Shown here piece after piece: positions 1 to 8,057 of a stretch of DNA of 37,735 bases. The DNA is taken from positions 1-37,735 of IMG/VR virus record IMGVR_UViG_3300037484_001196; one strand, given 5' to 3'. The stretch is from a virus (taxonomy: Duplodnaviria > Caudoviricetes). Made by a program: the position numbers and the translations under genes. A model generated the notes under the pieces. It ran no database searches, was not told where the DNA came from, and saw nothing but the letters and a program-made list of their open reading frames with translations. The first letter of the stretch is position 1, and each line of letters opens with the position of its first letter.

Positions 1-1
1 C

Positions 2-30
2 TTGACATGGGAATTTTAATAATCCAATAT
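2..30 (+). promoter_or_regulatory. Rightward early sigma70-type promoter
   Basis: TTGACA (2-7), 17-nt spacer, CAATAT (25-30) upstream of the early operon. Confidence 0.6.
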
Positions 31-41
31 TGGAATGTCAA
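13..41 (-). promoter_or_regulatory. Leftward sigma70-type promoter (probably for a repressor outside the window)
   Basis: Minus strand TTGACA (41-36), 17-nt spacer, TAAAAT (18-13). Confidence 0.7.
23..34. promoter_or_regulatory. Candidate operator palindrome
   Basis: Perfect 12-bp palindrome TCCAATATTGGA overlapping both promoters. Confidence 0.5.
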
Positions 42-125
42 GTAAATTAATTAACCCAAGATACCGCGGCAGGCCAAGAAGTTCAAGGAGAGATTTCGGA
101 CCATAGAGGCCGAATCAGGGGCGGG

Positions 126-575
126 ATGAGCAAACCACGGCAAAGAAACCTGTTCGAGACGCCGGAAACCGGGGGCAATTGGCTGGAACGGCCGCCCCTG
201 AACCCGCGCCCGCGGATGAAAGAGGCCATCCGCCAGATGCTGGCGGCGAGCCGCTTCAGCCGGCCGCAGATTTGCGAGCGCATGAACCGGGCCTTCCAGG
301 CCGAGGGGTTGCCCAACCGGGTGAAGGTGGCCCGGCTGGACGCCTGGGCGGCGGACAGCAAGCCCGCCCTGCCGGAGGTTGTAGAGCTGCCGGTGCTGTG
401 TTGGGCGGCGGAGTCGGCCTTACCCCTGGCGGCGCTGAACGGCTGCCTCAAGTTGCGGCTGATCGATGAAAAAGAGGGGCGGCTGCTGGACCTGGCCAAG
501 ACGGAGTGGAAGATCAAGGAGTTAAGCCGGAAGCGGCGGTTCCAGGAACAGGAAATCACCGAGAGAGGCATTTGA
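126..575 (+). CDS. Phage early regulatory protein (CII-like/HTH-like)
   Basis: First ORF after the early promoter; resembles phage regulators with an 'SR.QI.E.M...LDAW.A.SK' pattern. Confidence 0.6.
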   Translation: MSKPRQRNLFETPETGGNWLERPPLNPRPRMKEAIRQMLAASRFSRPQICERMNRAFQAEGLPNRVKVARLDAWAADSKPALPEVVELPVLCWAAESALPLAALNGCLKLRLIDEKEGRLLDLAKTEWKIKELSRKRRFQEQEITERGI

Positions 576-580
576 TCTAT

Positions 581-871
581 ATGGGCAAGAATAAATTCAC
601 CAAGCGCAAAGAGGCGCGGCGGCTGATCCGGGGCGAGATGACCAAGCGGGGCATTGTGGGCAAGGCGATAGCGTTGCAGTTGGGAATCAGCGAGGCGGCG
701 GTGTCAAAGGGCTGCGCCACCTCGCCCCGGATCGTGGCGGCGCTGATCGAGGCCGGGGTGCCCAGGCGGATGTTTGGGAAGGCGGCCCCCGCAGCCAAAT
801 CCCCCCTAACCCCCCTTTACAAAGGGGGGGAGGGAGAGGGGGATAAGGAGGGGCGGACATGCGCTGGGTGA
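581..871 (+). CDS. Ner/Cro-like HTH protein
   Basis: Start taken at ATG 581; HTH-like KAIALQLGISEAAVSK; C-terminus is encoded by a repeat element. Confidence 0.7.
   Translation: MGKNKFTKRKEARRLIRGEMTKRGIVGKAIALQLGISEAAVSKGCATSPRIVAALIEAGVPRRMFGKAAPAAKSPLTPLYKGGEGEGDKEGRTCAG
795..836. repeat. C/G-run hairpin repeat, copy 1
   Basis: 42 bp identical to 2242-2283; CCCCCCTTT-AC-AAAGGGGGG stem. Confidence 0.9.
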
Positions 872-1032
872 TCGGTTTGACCCTGGCCTGGTTTGTGATT
901 GTCAACCTGGCGAACCTGAGGGAATTCCGCAGGTATCCGCGAATCTACCGGGGAGGGATACTGGCCTGCGGCCTGGGATTGGCGGGCTCGGTTATCGGCC
1001 TGGCGGGTCTGCTCTTCCGGTGGGGGATTTGA
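859..1032 (+). CDS. Small membrane protein (57 aa, not in the ORF track)
   Basis: AAGGAGG RBS; MRWVIGLTLAWFVIVNL...GILACGLGLAGSVIGLAGLLFRWGI, two hydrophobic segments; fills the gap between neighbours. Confidence 0.7.
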   Translation: MRWVIGLTLAWFVIVNLANLREFRRYPRIYRGGILACGLGLAGSVIGLAGLLFRWGI

Positions 1033-1035
1033 GGC

Positions 1036-1314
1036 ATGGCAGATGCCAAACAGGTCATCAACACCGTGGTCAAGGCCTTCCGGGTGGAGGATTGGCTGGC
1101 GGCGGGGGATTTACTGGAGTTTAAGAGCATCCGGGAGGTGGCGGCGGGGGCCGGGGTCTCCGAGAACGAGGCCTACCGGATTTTGCAGACGATGGTGGCC
1201 TGCGGCCGGGCGGAACAGCACGACAAGGGCGGCTTCCGGTTGTGCCGGGGCATTGTGAAGTACGGGTTGCAGTTGAATGAGTGCCTGAGCGGGCATGTGA
1301 GGCGGTTTACATAA
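1036..1314 (+). CDS. IclR-like winged HTH protein
   Basis: SIREVAAGAGVSENEAYRILQTM...GGFRL; usual position upstream of the transposase in Mu-like phages. Confidence 0.75.
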   Translation: MADAKQVINTVVKAFRVEDWLAAGDLLEFKSIREVAAGAGVSENEAYRILQTMVACGRAEQHDKGGFRLCRGIVKYGLQLNECLSGHVRRFT

Positions 1315-1318
1315 GGTC

Positions 1319-1377
1319 CACAGGTTGAAAACCTGTGCCACCAAAGCAAAAGTCCACAGGCTGGAAGCCTGTGCTAC
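1319..1377 (-). repeat. Two tandem REP-like palindromes
   Basis: CACAGGTT-GAA-AACCTGTG-CCAC and CACAGGCT-GGA-AGCCTGTG-CTAC (GTGG/GTAG foot on the minus strand). Confidence 0.85.
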
Positions 1378-1396
1378 CAAAAGTGAGGGAGAAATC

Positions 1397-2224
1397 ATGT
1401 CGGACGAGGTAAAAACGCCGGAAGTTTTAGAGAGGGATGATCCGCGGGTGGCGGCCCTGGCGCTGGAGAAGGAATTGAAGGAGTTCTCCGGCGGGCTGGC
1501 CTATGACCAGGCCCGGATCATAGAGCGCACCCAGGACGGTTTCCGTATGGGGGTGCATGGGTTCTATATGGCCGGGTTGGGGTTGATCCTCTTGCATCAG
1601 CATGAGGAAGTCCAGACGTATGGACTAATTTTAGAGCAAAACTTTCCAGGTGTCAGCCGGAGTTCTGCTTTTAGTTACATGCAGTTCGCCCGCGCCGCAT
1701 CTACCCTTCCCAATTTCAAACAGTTCTGTTTAGAGCGTGGGGGGTACTCCAAGGGGCTGACCATGCTGCAGTCCTGCTCCCAGGAGCAGATCGAAGAGTT
1801 CGAAGAAACGGGCGAACTGCTGGGCTACAACCCGGATCAGATCGACAAAATGAGCGTTTTGACCCTGAAAAAGGCCCTGCGCCGGGCCCGGGAGAAAATG
1901 GACCAGGCGGTGATGAAGGCCACGGACAAGGTCTTACAGGAAAACGTCAACCTGAGAGAAAAGGTGGACGAGCTGACTACAGCCCTGGAGACGCCGGACC
2001 TGGAGGCGGCGAAAAAGCTCATCCGGGCGGCGGGGACCAAGATTTACGACGCCCTGGAGCTGCTGCGCAAGGTGAATTGGGAGCTGGTGAGCCGGGACTG
2101 GACGCTGCGCCTGGCGGTGCTGCAGAAGACCAGCCACATCGGCAATGTGGTGAATTCGATAGAGGGCGAAATACTCTCCCGGGAGATGCCGGAGCCGCCG
2201 GCGAAGGAGGGGGGCGGTGAATAA
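1397..2224 (+). CDS. DUF3102-like Mu-type early protein with coiled-coil C-terminus
   Basis: GAGGGAG RBS before ATG 1397; 'AGLGLILL...G..L...F.GVSRSSAFSYM' pattern; position before the transposase. Confidence 0.65.
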   Translation: MSDEVKTPEVLERDDPRVAALALEKELKEFSGGLAYDQARIIERTQDGFRMGVHGFYMAGLGLILLHQHEEVQTYGLILEQNFPGVSRSSAFSYMQFARAASTLPNFKQFCLERGGYSKGLTMLQSCSQEQIEEFEETGELLGYNPDQIDKMSVLTLKKALRRAREKMDQAVMKATDKVLQENVNLREKVDELTTALETPDLEAAKKLIRAAGTKIYDALELLRKVNWELVSRDWTLRLAVLQKTSHIGNVVNSIEGEILSREMPEPPAKEGGGE

Positions 2225-2684
2225 TTCCTCCTCATCCCAGCCCAAATCCCCCCTAACCCCCCTTTACAAAGGGGGGGAGGGAGTAAGAGGAGCGCAGGCG
2301 GGGACGCCTGCGCCACTGACGCCTGTGCCACCCGAACACTTCCAGACCTTGGATTTATACCATAATGAGGGACGCATACACATTGCCTTACTCGACTCCT
2401 TATCGGGGGTGATCATAACTGAGGCCGCCCCTAACATGGTGCTGGTTAAGGCCGTCATCAATTTTCTGCAACGAGCCTGGGCCGGCGGGGCGCCCGAGGT
2501 CTTGGCCGTAGATCGCTCCCCCGTATTTCAGACCAAGAATTTCAAAAGTTTTTTGGAGGGTGAAGGCGTCCATCTGTACATTATGTCCCCGGTTGATATG
2601 AAGCTGCGCGGCAAGCTGGAAAGGGCTTTCAGAAGGAGCGCAGGCGGGGACGCCGGCGCCACTAATCCTACAAGTCAGTTTTAA
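2217..2684 (+). CDS. Stand-alone integrase-core (rve/DDE)-like mini protein
   Basis: QTLD...LLDSLSG...FLQRAW..GAPEVLAVDRSPVF...F..FL...GV...GKLERAFR; both termini are repeat-encoded. Confidence 0.6.
   Translation: MNNSSSSQPKSPLTPLYKGGEGVRGAQAGTPAPLTPVPPEHFQTLDLYHNEGRIHIALLDSLSGVIITEAAPNMVLVKAVINFLQRAWAGGAPEVLAVDRSPVFQTKNFKSFLEGEGVHLYIMSPVDMKLRGKLERAFRRSAGGDAGATNPTSQF
2242..2283. repeat. C/G-run hairpin repeat, copy 2
   Basis: Identical to 795-836. Confidence 0.9.
2293..2331 (-). repeat. REP-like palindrome plus half copy
   Basis: CGCAGGCG-GGGA-CGCCTGCG-CCAC followed by GACGCCTGTGCCAC. Confidence 0.85.
2639..2662 (-). repeat. REP-like palindrome
   Basis: CGCAGGCG-GGGA-CGCCGGCG-CCAC; direct repeat of 2293-2316 with one mismatch. 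Confidence 0.85.
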
Positions 2685-2694
2685 GGCGCCGGTC

Positions 2695-4434
2695 ATGGCA
2701 GAGGTGAGCAAGCCGATCATGGGCCAGGCGATCTTGGAGTGGCGGCAGGCGCCGCACCGGCTCAAGGGGCGGGTGCTGGGGGAGTGGCTCCGGGTGTTGG
2801 GCATCAGCCGCAACGCCTTTTACCGGGAAGCGAAGGATTGGGGCGAGATGAAAGAACGTAAAACCAGACGCGACCAGGGGACCAGAAAGCTGGCGATCCC
2901 GGCCCTGAAAGAGGCGGTGGAGCGCCTGTGGCAGTTGAAGCACCGGCCGCCGCCGGGGGTGCGCCTGAGCAGCACCGAGACCGCCCTGGTCTACGGGGTG
3001 GGGCAGGGCCTGCTGCCCCCGGAGCTGGCCGCGGTGCCCATCGGCAGCCTCAACCGCATGGCCCGGGAGTGGGGCTGGCAGGCGGCGCCGGAGCGCCTGA
3101 CCCGCTGGCAGGCTTCGTTAGCCAACCAGGTGCACCAGTTCGACAGTTCCCATAGTGAGCACTTCTTCCCCCACCGCCCGGACGGGGATGACTGGATTCT
3201 CCGCCTCCGGCCCCGGCGGATGAAGAACAAGGAAAAGATCGAGGGCCTGGCGGTGATCGCCTACGGCCTGTGCGACGACCACTCCGGCCTGCGCCTGTCC
3301 CGGTACACCGTGGCCGCGGGGGAGAGCGCCCGGGGGAGTATCGACTTTCTACAGTGGGCCTGGAGCACGGACCCGGAGCACGCCCCCTTCGAGGGCTGGC
3401 CGGACGAACTCTACGTGGACAACGGCCCCCTGACCCGGCACCGGGCCTTCGACGCCTTCGCCGAGCGCCTGGGCCTGAAGGTGACGCCGCACATGCCCTA
3501 CAAATCCCGCTGCACCGGCAAGGTGGAAAACAACTGGCGCACGCTGTGGCGGAAATTCGAAAACGTCTTCTTCTTCAACCCCGCCTGGGAGTCCTTCGAA
3601 ATCCGGCTCTCCGAACTCAACCGGGAGTGCGCCGCGTTCTGGCGGGAGCACAACCAGTCCCGGCACCGGCAACTGGCCTGCTCCCGGGAGGCCGCCTGGC
3701 ACCAGTCCATCGTGGCCCGGGGCGGGGTGGTGCGGGTGGCGCCGGACGCCTGGGACACAGTGTTTGTGGAGGCGGAGCGCCGCCTGGACGACGCCGGGTG
3801 CTTCGATTTCAAGGGGGCGGCCTATCAGGTGGACGGGATTTGGGGCTGTCAAATCAAGGTGTTCTGCAATCTCAAGGATCAGTCAATTATTGTCCAGGAC
3901 CAGCGGGACGGGAAGCGCTACCGGGCCCAGCCCTTTGAATTGCGGGCCTGGGGGGATTTCCGGGGGGCGCCCAAGAGCGAGCTTTCGCGCCTGAAAGAGG
4001 CGGACGAAGGCAAGGCCTCCCGGATACCGGCCCCGCCCAGTTGGGTGAAGGCGGCGGGTAACGTGGTGGTCTTGCCGCCCCGGGCGGCGGAGGTCAGGGA
4101 GAGCGGGTTTGAAATGCCGCAAATCCCCCCCAGCCCCCCTTTAGAAAAGGGGGGGGAGAGTTTCGAGGATCTGGCCGCGGGGGTGCGGGTGATTCAGAGG
4201 CCCGAAAGGACCGCAGGCGGGGACGCCTGCGCCACTGGGGCTACGGGCGACATCGAGGAGCCTCTGGCCCCGACCCTGGAGCAGTACATTGATTTGAAGA
4301 TCAAGGCCCGGACCCAGCGCCTCAGCCCCCGGGAGGCGAATTTCGTCACCTGGTACGAGGCGGAACATGCGGCCATGATGCAGCAGTTTAAGGGCGATAT
4401 TGAGATGCGGGTCAGGCTGGCGGCGGTGGAGTGA
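2695..4434 (+). CDS. MuA-like DDE transposase
   Basis: HQFDSS, DDHSG, PDELYVDNG, GKVENNW integrase-core motifs; 579 aa; followed by an AAA ATPase. Confidence 0.9.
   Translation: MAEVSKPIMGQAILEWRQAPHRLKGRVLGEWLRVLGISRNAFYREAKDWGEMKERKTRRDQGTRKLAIPALKEAVERLWQLKHRPPPGVRLSSTETALVYGVGQGLLPPELAAVPIGSLNRMAREWGWQAAPERLTRWQASLANQVHQFDSSHSEHFFPHRPDGDDWILRLRPRRMKNKEKIEGLAVIAYGLCDDHSGLRLSRYTVAAGESARGSIDFLQWAWSTDPEHAPFEGWPDELYVDNGPLTRHRAFDAFAERLGLKVTPHMPYKSRCTGKVENNWRTLWRKFENVFFFNPAWESFEIRLSELNRECAAFWREHNQSRHRQLACSREAAWHQSIVARGGVVRVAPDAWDTVFVEAERRLDDAGCFDFKGAAYQVDGIWGCQIKVFCNLKDQSIIVQDQRDGKRYRAQPFELRAWGDFRGAPKSELSRLKEADEGKASRIPAPPSWVKAAGNVVVLPPRAAEVRESGFEMPQIPPSPPLEKGGESFEDLAAGVRVIQRPERTAGGDACATGATGDIEEPLAPTLEQYIDLKIKARTQRLSPREANFVTWYEAEHAAMMQQFKGDIEMRVRLAAVE
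4120..4158. repeat. C/G-run hairpin repeat, copy 3 (diverged, in frame in the transposase)
   Basis: AAATCCCCCCCAGCCCCCCTTTAGAAAAGGGGGGGGAG. Confidence 0.8.
4212..4235 (-). repeat. REP-like palindrome in frame in the transposase
   Basis: Identical to 2293-2316. Confidence 0.85.
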
Positions 4435-4751
4435 TGGAAAAGCAGGGGTCAGGTGTCAGGGGTCAGGGGTCAGCTAAAAGCAAACTGAAGTGGCGGCGAA
4501 TATGGAGTCGCCTACTTCGTATCGATTTGCGGACCGCAGAATATAACGACTGCAAGTGTCTCATTGAAAAGAGGCCTGAGTTCCCGGCTCGCCGCCGATG
4601 GAGAGTCTCGGTTTTTATTGGCGAGAACCTGGCAGTTTATACGGCCTTTGAGCTTTTAGGAACGGCACAAGCTTGGTTAGAAGATTGGCTCACTAAAAAC
4701 GAACGGTTTACCCACCTGCCGGCAAATGAAGCACGGCAAGATCATAACTGA
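4431..4751 (+). CDS. Hypothetical AT-rich accessory protein between MuA and MuB
   Basis: GTGA overlap with the transposase stop; bracketed by heptamer arrays. Confidence 0.6.
   Translation: MMEKQGSGVRGQGSAKSKLKWRRIWSRLLRIDLRTAEYNDCKCLIEKRPEFPARRRWRVSVFIGENLAVYTAFELLGTAQAWLEDWLTKNERFTHLPANEARQDHN
4443..4473 (+). repeat. Heptamer array (CAGGGGT)n
   Basis: Four units plus CAG. Confidence 0.9.
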
Positions 4752-4771
4752 AAACTGAAAACTGAAAACGG
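4746..4771 (-). repeat. Heptamer array (AACTGAA)n
   Basis: Three units plus AACGG. Confidence 0.9.
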
Positions 4772-4780
4772 GAGTTCTTA

Positions 4781-5509
4781 ATGCGAGACGTCTTTGTGCG
4801 CACCGACAACGTGATGCGGGCCGCGGCGGCCTTGGAGGAGTTGTGGCAGGGGCGGGCGAAATCTGAGACCAACCTCTGTCTGGTGGACGGCAAGACCGGC
4901 TACGGCAAGACCGAGACCCTGGAGTGGTACGTCACCCAGCACCCGGGCCGGGCGGTCTACGTCCGGGCCCTGGACTCCTGGTCGGTGCCCTGGATGCTGC
5001 GGGATCTTTCCCGGGGCTTGAACCTGCCGCCCCGGGGCACCACCGAGGGCAACCTGCTGCAGCTCCGGGATGAACTCAAGGCCCGGCCCCGGCTGCTGAT
5101 CATCGACGACGCCGACGACTACGTTATCGCCCGGGGTCACCACCTGAACACGGTGCGGGATCTCCACGACCTCACCCACAGCCCAATCGTGCTGGTGGGG
5201 GAGGGCAAGGCCCGGGACCTGGTGTACCGCCGGAGCCCCCGCACCTGGCGGCGCATGGGCCAGGTGGTGGCCTTTGAGCCTCTAAGCGCCCCCGACGTGC
5301 AGGTCATGGCCAAGGAGCTGTGCGACCCGGGCCTGGAGATCGGCACCGCCCTGGCGGAGCGGCTGCGCCAGATGTCGCTCTCTGGCAGCTTCGGGGAGGT
5401 GGTGGTCAACCTGGCCAAGGTGGAGAATCTGGCCAAGGCCAACCCGGACAAGGAGATCACTGAAAAGATGGTGGAGATGGCCTTGAAGGCCAGGAGAGGG
5501 ACGAAATGA
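4781..5509 (+). CDS. MuB-like AAA+ transposition ATPase
   Basis: Walker A GKTGYGKT, Walker B LLIIDDAD, VRDLHDLT..PIVLVGE. Confidence 0.9.
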   Translation: MRDVFVRTDNVMRAAAALEELWQGRAKSETNLCLVDGKTGYGKTETLEWYVTQHPGRAVYVRALDSWSVPWMLRDLSRGLNLPPRGTTEGNLLQLRDELKARPRLLIIDDADDYVIARGHHLNTVRDLHDLTHSPIVLVGEGKARDLVYRRSPRTWRRMGQVVAFEPLSAPDVQVMAKELCDPGLEIGTALAERLRQMSLSGSFGEVVVNLAKVENLAKANPDKEITEKMVEMALKARRGTK

Positions 5510-6366
5510 AAAACAGGGGCCAGAGGTCAGGGGTCAGGGGTCAGAAGCTAACTGCACAGGTAAGAGAAGTTTTGGCGGATCTGAAAGAAGCCACCAAGGC
5601 GGAGATTGCCGAGCGCCTCGGCGTCCAGACCCAGGCGGATCTCGGCCGGGTAGATCGGGCCGTGGAAGGCTTGGCGAAGACCGGAGAGGCGACCGCTATC
5701 AGCCTGGACGCGCAAGGCGAGCCGATTCCCGCCTTCCAGCCCCTCAAATATCGTTGGGTGGCCAGTTTGGTAAAGGCCAGGGGCGCGGTGCAGGCGAAGC
5801 TCTGGGAGTTTGCCTGTCTGCGCTTTGCCACTGCCAAGCCGTTTAGCGCCGCGGAGGCGGCCCGGCTGGCGGAGTGCGCCCTGGATTACGCCAAAAAATA
5901 CTGCCGCTGGCTGTGGCAGTCCGGGTATCTGGCCATTATCTCCCGGGGCCGGAACGGGGCGGTGCTCTACCAGGTGGTGGCGGGCCGGGAAACGGAGAGC
6001 GCACCGCCGTGGAACCGCCGGGCGGAGACGCGGCTGCAAGTAGGGCAGGCGCCCCCGCCTGCCGCCCCGGCTGCCGCCGGGATCGTCGCCCGGGACCCGG
6101 CGATTACGGTTTTTGATGAGGGAATCAAGGGGCAGAAGCCCGATCTCCCGGAGGTGTGGACGCCGGCGCCGATGCCTGAGGAATTAAAAAAATTCGCCGC
6201 CAATATGCGGCAGGCGTTCGCCGAATTTTCCCGGGGAATGCGAAATCTGGCGGCCCATTTTCCGGCAGTCGAGGCGGTCCTGCTGGAGATGGAGGCGGAC
6301 CTGGTCCGTATAACAAAGGAGCAAGGCCATGACGAGCCGGGCGAACCTACAGAAGGTCATCATTAA
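5506..6366 (+). CDS. Winged-HTH-like phage protein
   Basis: ATGA overlap with MuB; FSAAEAARLAECALDYAKKYCRWLWQSGYL; N-terminal heptamer array 5514-5544 and in-frame REP 6040-6063. Confidence 0.65.
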   Translation: MKNRGQRSGVRGQKLTAQVREVLADLKEATKAEIAERLGVQTQADLGRVDRAVEGLAKTGEATAISLDAQGEPIPAFQPLKYRWVASLVKARGAVQAKLWEFACLRFATAKPFSAAEAARLAECALDYAKKYCRWLWQSGYLAIISRGRNGAVLYQVVAGRETESAPPWNRRAETRLQVGQAPPPAAPAAAGIVARDPAITVFDEGIKGQKPDLPEVWTPAPMPEELKKFAANMRQAFAEFSRGMRNLAAHFPAVEAVLLEMEADLVRITKEQGHDEPGEPTEGHH

Positions 6367-6562
6367 CCACAGCCGCACCCTGTTTTACTGCTGGTCCTGG
6401 GACCGGTGGTGCTCGGTGCGGCAATTGGGCAAAGGCGGCCACGACGGCGGCTGTTTCGCCCGGGGCTGCCGGAAGATGTACGAGCCGGCATTGCCGCACC
6501 TGCGCCAGGCGGAAGTGCGCCGGGCCAGTAGGGGCGAGCCGGCGGCTCGCCCAAGTTCCTGA
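6329..6562 (+). CDS. Hypothetical small Cys-containing protein
   Basis: AAGGAG upstream; four Cys; ends in REP-like palindrome 6528-6552. Confidence 0.5.
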   Translation: MTSRANLQKVIINHSRTLFYCWSWDRWCSVRQLGKGGHDGGCFARGCRKMYEPALPHLRQAEVRRASRGEPAARPSS

Positions 6563-6589
6563 CACCTGACAAGCTCCAAGGGAGAGTAA

Positions 6590-6778
6590 ATGGCCATGTA
6601 CGAGATAAATCTGGTGGACCAACTGATTCTGGTGGCGCTGTGGGTGGGGCTGGTTTACGGCCTCTTCGGGCTGGCCCTGGGCTGGCTGGCCATCACCGAC
6701 CTGGAGTGGCGGCAGTTGATCGCCGACCGGCTGCGGGCCGAGTGGCGGGGCCTGAAAAGCCAACTGGGAATAGGGTGA
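6590..6778 (+). CDS. Small membrane protein
   Basis: GGGAG RBS; hydrophobic segment LILVALWVGLVYGLFGLALGWLAI. Confidence 0.65.
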   Translation: MAMYEINLVDQLILVALWVGLVYGLFGLALGWLAITDLEWRQLIADRLRAEWRGLKSQLGIG

Positions 6779-6782
6779 GGGT

Positions 6783-7178
6783 ATGGCGAAGCAATCTGAA
6801 GAATTCGACTATCTCAAAATCAAGGTTATGGCGGTCCTGGCCGACCACGTGGGCGAGCAGAATATCATCGGCTTGGCCCCGCTGACGGAGAAGGTCTTTG
6901 GCGGGACTTGCGTCGATCCTTATAACGACCCCAATGCCCGGCGGCTGCGGAAGGTCATCGACGCCCTGCAAAAAGAGGGCAAAAAGATCATCTCCTTGGT
7001 GCGCAAGGAGGGAGGCGGCTACTGTATCTGCGCCGCGGCCAGCCAATATCAGAAGAACATCGAGCGGATCAAGAAGGCGGGGCTGAAAAAACTGGCCAAG
7101 GCGGCCCGGATGGAGAACATCGGCCTGCCGAAACTTCTCAATCAGTTGGCCCTGGAAGCCGGCGGGGAGGCCCCATGA
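6783..7178 (+). CDS. Phage HTH-like early protein
   Basis: L.DHVGEQN.I...L......ARRLRKVIDALQKEG..I.S...GGY pattern common in Mu-like phages. Confidence 0.7.
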   Translation: MAKQSEEFDYLKIKVMAVLADHVGEQNIIGLAPLTEKVFGGTCVDPYNDPNARRLRKVIDALQKEGKKIISLVRKEGGGYCICAAASQYQKNIERIKKAGLKKLAKAARMENIGLPKLLNQLALEAGGEAP

Positions 7179-7690
7179 GCCTCAGACTCAATCAGGCCGA
7201 CGAATATTTGCAGCGCCTGGCGGAAGTGGGCGCGGAATTGAAGGACCTGGAGGCTCAGGCCGAGGCGGAGCTGGCGCCGCTGCGCCAGAAATGGGAGGCG
7301 CAACTGGCGCCCTTGCGGGAGCGGCGGGCGAATTTTGACCAGGCGCTCCTGATCCTGTGCAGCAAGGCCCGCCAGGAGTTCTTCGCCGCCGCCGACCTGG
7401 TGGATCTGCGCCACGGCTTTCTGCTCTGCGGCCATCGCCAGGTGGTACGGAAATCCCGGGGTGTCCTGGCCCTGCTGGAAAGCCTCAAGTGGGAGGAGGC
7501 CATTAAACGCACCGCCAAGGTGCGCTGGGAGGTGCTGGAGACCTGGCCCGAGGCCCGGCTCATCAGTTGCGGCACCGAACGGGTGGACCAGGAGACCTTC
7601 GCCTACGAACTCAAGACTCCGGGGCAGATTTACCGGGACGTGGCCCGGCGGGGCGTGGCGAGTTTGTTAAATGCGGGGTCTGGGTTTTAG
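7175..7690 (+). CDS. gam: Mu Gam-like host-nuclease inhibitor
   Basis: ADEYLQRLAE coiled coil, DLRHG, C-terminal ETFAYEL; typical size and context. Confidence 0.75.
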   Translation: MSLRLNQADEYLQRLAEVGAELKDLEAQAEAELAPLRQKWEAQLAPLRERRANFDQALLILCSKARQEFFAAADLVDLRHGFLLCGHRQVVRKSRGVLALLESLKWEEAIKRTAKVRWEVLETWPEARLISCGTERVDQETFAYELKTPGQIYRDVARRGVASLLNAGSGF

Positions 7691-7705
7691 GTTCTGGGTT
7701 CTGGG
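7674..7705 (+). repeat. Heptamer array (CTGGGTT/TTAGGTT)n
   Basis: Overlaps the gam stop codon. Confidence 0.8.
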
Positions 7706-7718
7706 AGGGGAAAGGTAA

Positions 7719-8057
7719 ATGTCCAGGAATGAATTGGGAATGACCAAGAGAGAAGAACAGATTTTTTGCGAAGGCCTCCATAGCGTTCTGGACCGGCTTA
7801 TCATGTCGAACAACATAGTTTTAGAACTGGCGAAAAAGGGGATTGGCGATGATGTGGTTTTGAATGACCTCATCACCCGGGCCCGGCGGTACGTTCTCTC
7901 CCACATGACCTCCGAAGTAGGGGTTAGGAAAATGGCTAAAGAGAAATGGGGCATGGTTTTAGCTCCGAGAGTGGAGAAGGCATGCACACGGAAAACCAAA
8001 AACCGAAAACGGAAAACGGTCTCCCATGAAACTGCGCTGCCCGGCCTGCGGGGCTGA
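7719..8057 (+). CDS. Hypothetical AT-rich accessory protein
   Basis: Fills the gap between two oppositely oriented heptamer arrays. Confidence 0.6.
   Translation: MSRNELGMTKREEQIFCEGLHSVLDRLIMSNNIVLELAKKGIGDDVVLNDLITRARRYVLSHMTSEVGVRKMAKEKWGMVLAPRVEKACTRKTKNRKRKTVSHETALPGLRG
7988..8019 (-). repeat. Heptamer array (ACGGAAA/ACCGAAA)n
   Basis: Four units plus ACGG. Confidence 0.85.

Noticed and set aside
1319-1377. Possible mini CRISPR or other guide array (two palindromes 36 bp apart)
   Set aside because: Only two units with a 13-bp gap, no cas or effector gene, and the units match dispersed REP-like elements.
1325-1396. TTG-started N-terminal extension of the 299-aa ORF
   Set aside because: It is translated REP sequence; the RBS supports ATG 1397.
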